Origin: Oikopleura dioica
Lineage: Eukaryota; Animalia; Chordata
Length of the DNA: 64,000 bases
NCBI GenBank assembly: GCA_907165135.1
Contig: OU015567.1
Span: forward strand, 3,410,001 to 3,474,000
Direction: 5' to 3'
Shown: positions 13,097-22,527 of the stretch, in pieces
Layout of the letters: every line of letters starts with the position of its first letter
Numbering within the stretch: position 1 is the first letter of the stretch
Notes under the pieces: model-generated
What the model was told of the DNA's origin: nothing
What the model saw: only the letters and a program-made list of their open reading frames with translations
Database searches by the model: none
Translations under genes and position numbers: made by a program

Positions 13097-13851
13097 TGTA
13101 ACTAAGACACTTGATGTATGCACTAGAGTTCGAAAGTCCTGCTCTGTTTTTATCCTAGGGCCTCAGCAAAAATACACGGATGTACTCGCTTGACTACTAG
13201 CAGTTAATAAAGGTGAACAAGCCTTAGTACGAAAGAGTAGATTCGTAGGGCTTGGTGGAGGAGAACTCTAATAGGTATAGAGCTCTATCGTCTTGTTTGT
13301 TGTTGGTTGTTTGCAAGTTGTTTTAGTTGCTGTTGTTTGTTGCGAAGTCAGTAAAAAGTCAAGTTGTTTTGTTTTTTGGGTTTCAAGTTAATGAATGAAT
13401 TTATTCCGAATTGTTACAGTTTATATAGGAGAACAGTGAGGGCGCAAAAGTGTACAGAGGGCGTTAAAGAGTGACTCTCGTGCACCATCGTTGGGCGTCG
13501 TTGGAGAATCTGGCCGTTGGCGAGGGCGCTAGTGTGTGAGAACCGAGTTGGTTGATTGACGTCAATTCTCAGGTGAGTAAGCCCTCTTATCAGTTGCATG
13601 TGCGTCATTGAGGCTTGGTTCTCAGGCGCCATCGTGAGTCAGAGCCAGGCGCGTGCCAGAGTTTGGGGGGGCGCTGTTGAGAGCCCGAAGCATGCGCTGG
13701 ATGAGTTCGGATGGCGCTCTTGCGCTGAGACATGAGCTCACTCGGCTGAGTGGATGCTCTTGCTGATTCACTGTCCTCATGGTGGACCTATATGGGAATT
13801 TGCCTACATCATGGGGCCTAATGGGGAAATATGGGGAAAGCCAGGCTTACA
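13097..13851 (-). repeat. 3' LTR (755 bp)
   Basis: Direct repeat of 30767-30951 plus 39441-40008. By eye the copies differ by 2 substitutions and one G-run length difference. Confidence 0.95.
13400..13427 (-). promoter_or_regulatory. LTR TATA box (TATATAAA, 13427-13420) and poly(A) signal (AATAAA, 13405-13400)
   Basis: Both motifs are read directly on the minus strand and also occur in the other LTR copy. Function is inferred. Confidence 0.55.
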
Positions 13852-13864
13852 TCCCCTCCCCTCC
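13852..13864 (-). other. Polypurine tract GGAGGGGAGGGGA
   Basis: Abuts the TG start of the 3' LTR on the minus strand. Confidence 0.9.
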
Positions 13865-13890
13865 AAGGAAGAAGGCTCCTTACGGGGCAT

Positions 13891-15309
13891 TTATTGGATT
13901 CGTTCAACAAGTCTGGCTCCTTGGGCGAATGCGAGGCGGTAGTACTTGATAGAATCTCGCTGCCCAAGTCGTTTCCACAAGATTTCCGCATTGCTGATGC
14001 GATTGAGTTTGTAGGAAGCAGATGGAAAGTTGAAGTAACGGAGCAGCAAGCCTGGGTCACAGAGGTATGTGGCCGTTATGCTCGCTCGGAAGAATCTTGG
14101 GAGGCATTTGAGTGGTAATGGGTCAGTTATTTTGAGAGGGAGGCCCCCTTTGTATATGGCAAGCTCAACTTGGCGATTCAGTCGTTTGATCATGTAAGTG
14201 GATAGGCATTCTCGATTGTTTGCGATGTCGGAAAGTGCCGATCTGATCTTTCGCCAGTCGTTTGCCTTTAGCGCTTTATCCAGGTCCCGTTTCGAAACTC
14301 CGCTCATTTTTTTCGGGTAGACCGTGATCTCTGATGGGCTGTACTTGTAAGGCATTCGCTGGTGCGGTTTGAGCTTTTCTTGTTTTAGCCATCGATTGCG
14401 GTCATTATTGAATTTAGAGCCAATCGCCGTTCTGTACGATGCTTGGCCAGTACCTGCATGAGGTCGGCTTGTTGCGTAGGCCTGATTGACTCTGTTTCCC
14501 TCGAAGTTTCGCTTTCTGTTATTCTGGCAGTTCAGGTGCGCGACTGAGCCACATTGAACTGGACATCGCCGCTGTCCACGCTCATTGTGTGTGTAGGTAA
14601 CTTCGAGCTTACCGAGATTTCGTCGCACTTGTCTGTCAAAATCTCGCCGGAGATCTGTTGGGTCAGATCCATTAGTTTTGAAGGCGGTTTCAACCGGGGT
14701 GTTCGGTGGATTTGGCTGTTCGATGATGACTTCGCCGGGCGAACAATCATCTTGTAGAGCTGATGGGTCTAACTCGTCTCGGCAAGGTGTGCCAGGCATT
14801 GTCTCTAAAGATGTAATGCTCATGGCGTCGCTTTCGGCGTGACTTTCGTCGGGCTCTTCATCGATGAATAAATCGGTTTCCATGGATTCGTCGTCGGAGC
14901 GGTTGCCTTGGTCCGTCAGGGAAACACTCATAAACTCATCGAGAGCCGCTTGATCTGTGTCGAAGACGTTGTCGTCGCCGTTTTCATAGTCCTCGTTGGT
15001 ATTGGACCTTTCGGTTTTCCAGGATCGGCTCGGTTGATCATCCGAAGTCGATTTTTCCTCGAAAGGAAAGTTGTTGGTAGGTTGGTTGGTTTGGTTTGTG
15101 TTTTGGTTTTGGTTATCCATTTTTAGATGGAGAGTTCGAATTCTCGCTCGTTTATATACTCTAGTGCTCTTGGGCGCCGCAGTGGGCATGGTGCCCTTGA
15201 GCGTATTGGGGGAGCAAGTGAGTAACTCATTGTGCCCTCTAAAGGGGCGCAACGGAGTAACTTGTAAAGGCCTAGATTCTCGTGGTAGGGCACGGTGGCG
15301 CTCTAGCAT
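13891..15309 (-). CDS. Orphan cargo ORF (472 aa; likely start MDNQ near 15120): acidic disordered half, knuckle-like motif, basic C-terminal domain
   Basis: Uninterrupted 1.4-kb ORF with motif CPVQCGSVAHLNC. Ends 26 nt before the PPT. Confidence 0.7.
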   Translation of the reverse strand: MLERHRALPRESRPLQVTPLRPFRGHNELLTCSPNTLKGTMPTAAPKSTRVYKRARIRTLHLKMDNQNQNTNQTNQPTNNFPFEEKSTSDDQPSRSWKTERSNTNEDYENGDDNVFDTDQAALDEFMSVSLTDQGNRSDDESMETDLFIDEEPDESHAESDAMSITSLETMPGTPCRDELDPSALQDDCSPGEVIIEQPNPPNTPVETAFKTNGSDPTDLRRDFDRQVRRNLGKLEVTYTHNERGQRRCPVQCGSVAHLNCQNNRKRNFEGNRVNQAYATSRPHAGTGQASYRTAIGSKFNNDRNRWLKQEKLKPHQRMPYKYSPSEITVYPKKMSGVSKRDLDKALKANDWRKIRSALSDIANNRECLSTYMIKRLNRQVELAIYKGGLPLKITDPLPLKCLPRFFRASITATYLCDPGLLLRYFNFPSASYKLNRISNAEILWKRLGQRDSIKYYRLAFAQGARLVERIQ

Positions 15310-15393
15310 GATTCATCGCAGTGCTTGGGATGGGAAAATGGTGGCGGTGTGCGTCACTGGTGATACCGCTGGTTCCCATGACGCATGGAGAAT

Positions 15394-16200
15394 CTAGCGC
15401 TTTGAAATATGAGATCTACACAATGGGCAAGTGTTATGATTGGCCGCCCATTGTTCTATACAAGCAGAATGGAAGAAATGACCACACGAGTCGATGAATG
15501 AGGCAGTTTCCTGCATTTTGAATTTGCAAATAGCACACTCCGAATTTTTATCATCTTCCTTTAGCTCTTTTTTAATCAGATCATTGATTCGAGAGTGGGC
15601 TGACATTCTTGTGCATGGATACGGTCTGTGTCTTCTGATCCAGGACGCAGGCGGTCTTCGGGTTCTGACCTGCCTTATATTTCTTCGATGACCCCAAATG
15701 ATTTTTCCGTCACGAGTAAGGGCCTCTGGCAGAAGTCTGCCCTCGGTGTCCCTTGGCGGGAGGTATGACCAACCGTTTGCCTGACCAATTTGAGGTCTGA
15801 ACATAGATCTCCATGAATTCAGATCTGGTGGATTCAATGTTTCATCATTTTCTAGTAAGTAGTCGGGTAGAACAATATCTCGTTCCACGGAGCTAGACCG
15901 ACCATTATTTGCATGGTTTATTTGTGATATATGGTTTGGGGAGATGATATCCCCGTCTGAATTGACATAGAGCGGGCGGTGGGCAGGCGGAAGTCCCCTT
16001 CGAGATTGAACTCCTACCCATCCGTTGGTAGATCTTGTTCGAATTAGATTAACAAAATTGTTTGACTGGGGTGAAGGCTCATTGTTTTCAGAATCATTGG
16101 TTTCTAATGGTGGGCCTTCCACAAAAGGAGAATTGCATAAATTGCAGTTGTGTGGATAGATGATAGGCCGAAAGGCATTGCACATTAAGCAGAAATGCAT
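15394..16200 (-). CDS. RNF115/RNF126-like RING-H2 E3 ubiquitin ligase, intronless, retroelement cargo
   Basis: N-terminal zinc ribbon FCLMC-x11-CNLCNSPFVE and C-terminal RING-H2 CAIC...CGHFFHSACIEQWAANHNTCPLCR. Confidence 0.85.
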   Translation of the reverse strand: MHFCLMCNAFRPIIYPHNCNLCNSPFVEGPPLETNDSENNEPSPQSNNFVNLIRTRSTNGWVGVQSRRGLPPAHRPLYVNSDGDIISPNHISQINHANNGRSSSVERDIVLPDYLLENDETLNPPDLNSWRSMFRPQIGQANGWSYLPPRDTEGRLLPEALTRDGKIIWGHRRNIRQVRTRRPPASWIRRHRPYPCTRMSAHSRINDLIKKELKEDDKNSECAICKFKMQETASFIDSCGHFFHSACIEQWAANHNTCPLCRSHISKR

Positions 16201-17414
16201 GTTTCGCCTAAAATAAAGTAAATATTCTGTTTAAGGTAGCCCCAGTGTGTCAGATATAAATATTTTCAAGACTTTTGGTTTTCGAAAATTTTAAATAACT
16301 GTCCAAAATTTTGATTTACAAGAGCAATTATTATAGCAACAACCTGCTCCAGGAGTGATTTAGATATAAAGTCTGTAAGTTTTATATTATTTATACCAAA
16401 ATTTTGGCTAAAAATGCCTTGAAAGGTTAATTCTGTGTTTTGCTGAAAACTCGACTTCGAGCGATCAGCAGACAATTATTTTATTGGAAATTACGTAAAA
16501 GGCTGTGACAAAAGTAAGATCTAGTCTAAATCTTCTATATAAGCCAATTTTGGAACGCTCAATTATTCCTAGATGCGTTTTATTAGCCTCTAAATTTTGA
16601 TAATTTTGGCCTCTATACCCTTAAAATAGACAATTTTTTAGGGATTTTTAGTGCTATATCAAGAATATTTTAACCGCTGAAGAGATTTTTGCTGGACTTT
16701 TTGTGCTAGAGAATTATCACGGCACGATTCATAAAAAAAACGGAAAATTTCAGAAACGAGTCTTGCACCAGAAGCGAGATTATGGAAGTTGAAGGAATTG
16801 TTGGCGCTCTGACTGTTACACTCGCGTATGAAGAAAAATTGAATACGAACAAACTCGTCAGACATCGGAAAATGTTTTACCGTTTTCGATTTTGGCTCGC
16901 ACACGCCGGCAAAAAATGCTGATCCATACAGACTAGGATCATTATCATGTTTGGATGCGGACACAAACAAGGCTTATTCCGTTCCTAAGTTTCAACTAGA
17001 AAAGAAAACTTCAAAGAAAATGAGTTACTCTCTTTGCTGTGCCTTTACTGTATTGAGAATACAATAATGTTAAAAGAACAGTTCCGCGAGCACTTGCGCT
17101 ATTGAAAACAATTATTGAATCTTTCCGAAAAAATGGTAGATTCAAAAGAGTCGATTTAATATTTTGAAATCAACCTTATTTCGAAAAATATTCTTTCAAA
17201 ATCCTCTTGTAGCGAGGCTTTGATTCTCAATTTGTTATTTGTGTTGAGCAGGAATTTTACGGTTTCCAGAAGCAAAAGATCAGCGGTCGGAATTAATCAG
17301 CGCGATCGAAAATAATTATTGACCGCACGTGCGCCTTAAATTTTGAGGGATTGAGATTTCTTTGGCTTTAATTATTTCTATCCTTAAAAAGGGATTTCAG
17401 GAAGAACTCGATCG

Positions 17415-17859
17415 GAAGTGAATGAAATGTTCGTTACTGGTCACTTCGGGCCGCCGAAACGGTTCTTTTTGGGAGAAGATGCGCTGATTGATAGCAAGAA
17501 TGGAATCGTTCTTGATGGCGGAAAGGTAATTTCGAAGCTCTTTGTTGTTCTAGACTCTTCATTTTAGTTGAAAATTTAGCTCTGGATAGTCTTCCAATAC
17601 TTCGATTAAAAACTAAATCTCGAATCCTATTTCACTGAAGACCTCTTTGAAAAAACGAGAAGATGGATACTTTTGCACTAGAATCTTTAACCACACCGAA
17701 TCATTGGACTGTATGCCCGATAGTAAAGGTAGAACGAAGTTATCCGCTGGTCAAACTGCCATGTTCGAGGAGACAGAGAAAATGCTCCGGGAGTTTTGTA
17801 AGAAGAGCTCAGAAGATCTTGAAAATACATTTGATCTGAAGCTGTCTTGGAACTTATAG
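17415..17859 (+). pseudogene. Decayed C-terminal fragment of a heparan-sulfate-type sulfotransferase (NDST/HS3ST-like)
   Basis: Translated pieces IVLDGG, LNLESYFTEDLF, REDGYFC...CMPDSKGRT...MLREFC...LENTFDLKLSW parallel the NDST/HS3ST tail (ILVLDG...FLG...KGFxC...CLGKSKGR...L..F...W). Has a GT-AG intron and frameshifts. Confidence 0.5.
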
Positions 17860-18239
17860 AAAAAGAAAATATTCATAACACAGTATTTAATAAAGTGCAA
17901 TATTCAATCCTTTCAAAAGAGTGTTTTTTCTTATTTGAATTAAAGTTGTCATTTGTGAAGGGATAAAACTTCTTTCGTAAAAATAGTACGGCTCCCTTTA
18001 AGCGAATTTCACGTAACCATTTGTTGCCATGGGTAAGTTTTCCATCACTGGCTTGAGAGCTTTCCTTTGTTGTTCAAGTAAAATTTGAGAAACATTCTGT
18101 AGGGCGATCGAAATGGAAAAATTGAAGGGAATGGAGCAATTGATCCCAAAGACGTTGCTTTTGGAAAATCTTATCGGAACGTTGTCGGCAAATTCTTAAG
18201 AGAAGAGGTTTTTGTCTTTCGAGGTTTAAGTAAGCGCCA

Positions 18240-18794
18240 TTGCATAATGGTGCCGGCAAGAAGGTTGAACTGCTAGGTTCGTTCATGCCGACTCTTGCGA
18301 GGGAGCTCTTGTGTTTCATGATTCTGACTTCTATTTCTGGGGGTTTTGGCCTTTTCTTTCTCACTCATCCTTCGGAAAAAAATTTGAAAAAAGAGACAAG
18401 CGGCATGTTAGAACCGATTGTAGTGGTAAATCTGCAACTTCCGCCGTGCCCGCATTGTTCCTCGAAACTTTTGCCCTATCCGTTCATCCCCTGGAATGCC
18501 CTGTGTTGCTCGATGTATTGTCCCGTCCCAATGTCATCTTTTGTAAGTTTAGAATTTAAAAGTAAAAATCTATTGAGTTTCAAACTATTAGATATTTATA
18601 TTTTTAATTTTCAGCTGATCCGAGATCAAGCCATCTTTGAACAGAGAGAGGATCAAAGTATTTGGTTCGTAACCTCCTTGCCGTTTGATCCGCAAAGCTT
18701 TGAGTGGCCTCGCTTTCGCGATCTATGTTACGAGCCCGAGGGCTGGAATTACATCCCTTTCCAGCCTTACCGGCCACGACAAAGTAATAATTGA
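18240..18794 (+). CDS. Small Cys-rich putative Zn-binding protein, unknown, antisense cargo
   Basis: CPHC...CCSMYC motif and a probable in-frame 72-nt GT-AG intron (18543-18614). Start uncertain. Confidence 0.4.
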   Translation: MHNGAGKKVELLGSFMPTLARELLCFMILTSISGGFGLFFLTHPSEKNLKKETSGMLEPIVVVNLQLPPCPHCSSKLLPYPFIPWNALCCSMYCPVPMSSFVSLEFKSKNLLSFKLLDIYIFNFQLIRDQAIFEQREDQSIWFVTSLPFDPQSFEWPRFRDLCYEPEGWNYIPFQPYRPRQSNN

Positions 18795-18854
18795 TTAATT
18801 ATAATGTTATTTTTACTAAAATAAGTTGTTCCGATTGCCAATGAGGAGCCGGAA

Positions 18855-20122
18855 ATGGCAGATGACAATGATCAGGGTGATCGAGTTTATGCGGAGCTTC
18901 ATCCAGTCGCTTCTGACGTTGAATCGGAAGATTCCACGCCAGAAGCAGATAGATATTACGCTGATAGCGACAATTTAACGGATGTCGAGCCGATGAGCAT
19001 TGACGGATTCGATCATTATGCAGATGATGAGGCTTCCATTGATGGGTAGATTCTGATTATTTTGATTAAAAGCACTGTGGTTGATTACACAGAATTAATT
19101 TTTTCATTAATTCTTTACAAAAATTCATCATGAAACAGTTCTTAAAATGGCTTTAATTCGCCAAAGAAAAATGAAATGTTGAATAATTGAGGCTCTAAGT
19201 AGCGCACTTGATTTCAGATAGTTCGGAGTAAACGGCAAACCGGCTAAAATTCTGGTGTGTCATTATTCGATAACAGCCAGGCGGTTTTGCTACAAAAACT
19301 ATCATTTATCCATCCTAATTTTTTAAAAAACTTAGAAGTTCTAATGTTTAATAAGCAGTTTTCCAAGTGAATCCGAAGAAGAAGAGGATGATAATGACGA
19401 CATGTCTGTTCACGACTACCGGTCCAGTCTCTTCTCTGATTCAGATTACGACGCAGATTTTGACGGTTTTGACGATTGGGACGGTGATATGGACGACGTC
19501 CCTCTTGATAGATTTGTTGATGAAGAATTCGAAGAAGCGGCACCAGGCATTCAGCCTTTGCTTCCTGAGGATCGCCTTGTTTACAGACAAGAATCAGAGC
19601 TACTCCGGGCCGACTATGATCCTGATCTTCAAGAGCTCTGGGATAGAAGGTACCGAACGGTCGAAGAAAACCGGGAGCTCGGAATCGATGTCTTTAACGG
19701 AGGTCCGCCACTTCAGACGCGTATTGAGTTTTTTGCGCCTCAGGTATTTTGATTCCCTTGGCTTTGATTTCTCGCGCTTTTTCTTTCTGACAGTCAAGTT
19801 TTTCCTTATCTTTCTCAAAAACAGAAACAAGCAGCATTCATCTGATTTCATGTGAAGAAATCTGGGTAACGTTTGAAGCATTGATTGGCTTGGAAAGTAT
19901 CGAAATTTTCAAATAACACTCATAAAACTAACATTTTACATTCTACACTTATTTACGTCGATTAAGGAGGAGTGTCAATTATGCGGTTCAATGTTTTCGA
20001 GAGGCGTACGTTCCGCTTGCCACGAGACGCATCTTCTATGTGAAACATGTGTGCGTGGGCTTGGCCCAAAAGGCCATTATATCTGCCCTTATGACAGAAA
20101 AACGAACCAGATCGTCGAATAA
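18855..20122 (+). CDS. Acidic protein with C-terminal RING finger (3 exons, 240 aa), antisense cargo
   Basis: Exons 18855-19045, 19368-19743 and 19967-20122 join in phase via GT-AG introns. Last exon reads CQLC...CHETHLLCETC...ICPYDR. It is absent from the supplied ORF track as a whole. Confidence 0.8.
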
Positions 20123-21726
20123 TTTTAGTTCTCTCTTTTTCCAAAATGACAATTTTTATTGAGTCTGATTTTCAATTACTGTAGTGCCTGTTATGGCAGA
20201 AAACTTCCTGAATAAAATAATGCGCAAAAACTTGCACTTGTTTCACTTAAAAAGCATTGAACGAAAAATTCGTTGTCAAAGACAAGCCAATCACGCATTC
20301 TTTCTTTTCTTTCTTTGCCTGAGTCAGGTTTTTATCAGTGATAAAGCAGCATCGAGGAGAGCTCGCAGAGTTTGAAAGGGGAAAAATCCGTTGAAAAAAA
20401 AAAAAACGTCGGAAAATGATGATTTTTGAAGAGATTTTTGAGCAGAAGGTCTGAGAAAATGCAGCTACAGTATTAGCAGTAACTGTCAGTTGCTTATGGT
20501 AATCTCGCGAGTGAAAATTAATACAAATAGAAAAAGCTCTCAAGTATAATTCCGCTATAAAATTTGGCGTATTTTTTCCAAAATGGAGTTCTTTCTGCCG
20601 AGAAGATCTTTTGAAAGCGATAAATTTTGAAAATTCAATTTTGCGAAAGGAAACTGTCGCCGAATATCAGGGCTCATTTTTTGCCGGACTAAGATTTGTG
20701 GAATCTCGTGGATTTCGATCAATACCCCTAGAACCTGCCTTTCCAGCATTTGAGAAAGCGCATTTTCCCAAAAATCACCTAATGCGAAATTATACGGAAT
20801 TAATGATTGATTTCTATACTGATTCAACTTTATTTTTTCTTGAGGGGACTTGTTCCTAAAGAAAGTATGACTAATCTTATCTTTGAAAGCCTCGATCTTC
20901 CAAATCAGTAATTTCAGATTGTGTTGGAAATCATGAATTCAGAGGAAATTCTAGCGAGAATCCCGAAAGAAATACTGGCACTCAAAATTATATGGAATAA
21001 AGGGGCATCCAACGTGCGAAATTTATTAGCTGTTTTATTTTATGTGCATTAGTGTAAAACTGGAGCAATCTTAGAGTAAATTTAAATTTTTAGCTCTTTT
21101 CCACGACTTTTTTTTGAAGAGAATTAAGGGTATCTAGCTCGTTAATTTAAATTCGGAGAAAGGAAATCGGAAACAGGGGATCTTTGAGTTCGAAGCTTTT
21201 TGTTGCATCTTTCTCACGAACTTGCTTCGTGACTCTTAGAACGTGAGATTACTGCACTAGCGCGTTCGTCACACGGCTTGTGTGTGGCGCCCATGTGAAC
21301 AAAGAAAGCAAGAAAGGATTCTCATCCCAGCCTAAGCCACCTGAGTTCAAGTTTTACTTGCTTAATAATAATCCAGGCATCTAGATTTGAGAATATATTA
21401 ACCAGTCATTCTTTCGTCAGAGAACGTATTATAATTTAAAATATTTGAACAATTACGAATTCATATTAACAAAAACTGCCTTTTAACGCTTCAAAAATGA
21501 CGTCTAATTACGATATTCTCGCACTTAAAAAGCATTTAGGGGACGGTTACCAGGGAAATGACCTCGAGTGAACTAAAATTCGCGCTTCTCGTCGAAAATA
21601 CACTCATGAAAATGAAAAATTGATTGATCAACTTCCTTACGCCGTTTCAGAAAGAACTCGTCGGACATTCAGAAATTGCTGAATCAAAAATTGAAAAAGA
21701 ACCCTTGATTAAATTAGCGCTGGTTC

Positions 21727-21794
21727 TGCTGGGTAGCTCAAGGCGAGAGCGCTGTCTTGTACAGAGGTTGAGGGTTCAAGTCCTTCTCCGGCAA
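21727..21794 (+). tRNA. tRNA-like element (tRNA-Thr(UGU)-like) with shortened anticodon arm
   Basis: Acceptor TGCTGGG/TCCGGCA, D arm GCTC/GAGC, T arm GAGGG-TTCAAGT-CCTTC, A- and B-box-like sequences. The anticodon arm is only CTGT-CTTGT-ACAG. Length 68 nt. Confidence 0.55.
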
Positions 21795-22527
21795 GCGAAA
21801 ATTTGAAACAGGGTCTTCTTTGATTTTTTGATTTTTGAACTTTAAATGATTAGTCTATCGAAGCTATTCTGTTGGATGTCAATCTTCCCACGAGTTCTAG
21901 AGTCACGTGAACACGTGCTGAGTACAAATCAGAAATTCCAAAAACATTGGTACGCGCATCAACTATAATGTGTTTCGATAGATACAGGCGAGTTCGAGAA
22001 AAGTTGACATTACGCCAGACGGGCATTCAGCGAGTTTCGCATTTTGTTGTTTCGCGGCCACATGATTGGAATATTATGAATTTTTCAAAGGAAATTACTA
22101 ACAAGTTAAATGGAGCTGTATATTTGCATTTGTCTAGGGAATCTAGCGCGCGTATCGACAGATTAAGTACAGTACGGCTTCAGCTGCTCAATCTTGCTCC
22201 TTTTTGACGAGCAGAATCACTCTTTTCCAGATGGAGATTTTGCAAGTCGGAATGCATCAATAAACAAGCCCATTATCACGAGATTTTTCTTACTTTTGGG
22301 CTGATTGAAAGGAAGAGTCGCATGAGTCCGACTAAAAACCGATTCTGCTGTTGATTAACTGCGATTTACAAGAGAATTGAATAATTTCCGGGCATTAAAA
22401 TTGAATTATGTGATTAATAGTAGGCACATTTAGATCTAACTAGGATTTATTTGTACGAATCATAAGAGATACCCTAAATCGATGTTGGCACCCGTAAAAT
22501 GAATGGTTTTCAAAATAAAGCATGGCG

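Noticed and set aside
13414-13632. 72-aa ORF duplicated at 39573-39791
   Set aside because: It lies within the LTR, so the duplication is explained. No domain, and its stop falls at the TATA region.
14532-15397. Plus-strand and alternative ORFs over the 472-aa cargo ORF
   Set aside because: Antisense shadows with no motifs.
16266-16970. Minus-strand ORFs upstream of the RING-H2 gene, or the missing 5' half of the sulfotransferase
   Set aside because: No PAPS-binding motif or other domain was found in any frame I translated.
21727-21794. Functional decoding tRNA-Thr or self-encoded RT primer
   Set aside because: The anticodon arm is too short for a canonical tRNA, and its 3' end is not complementary to the PBS TGGTGACTGAAG.
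20184-22300. Short ORFs in the remaining cargo (20247-20859, 21624-21806, 21947-22207)
   Set aside because: No recognisable motif or consistent splice model. They may be decayed genes but cannot be supported. 21624-21806 overlaps the tRNA-like fold.
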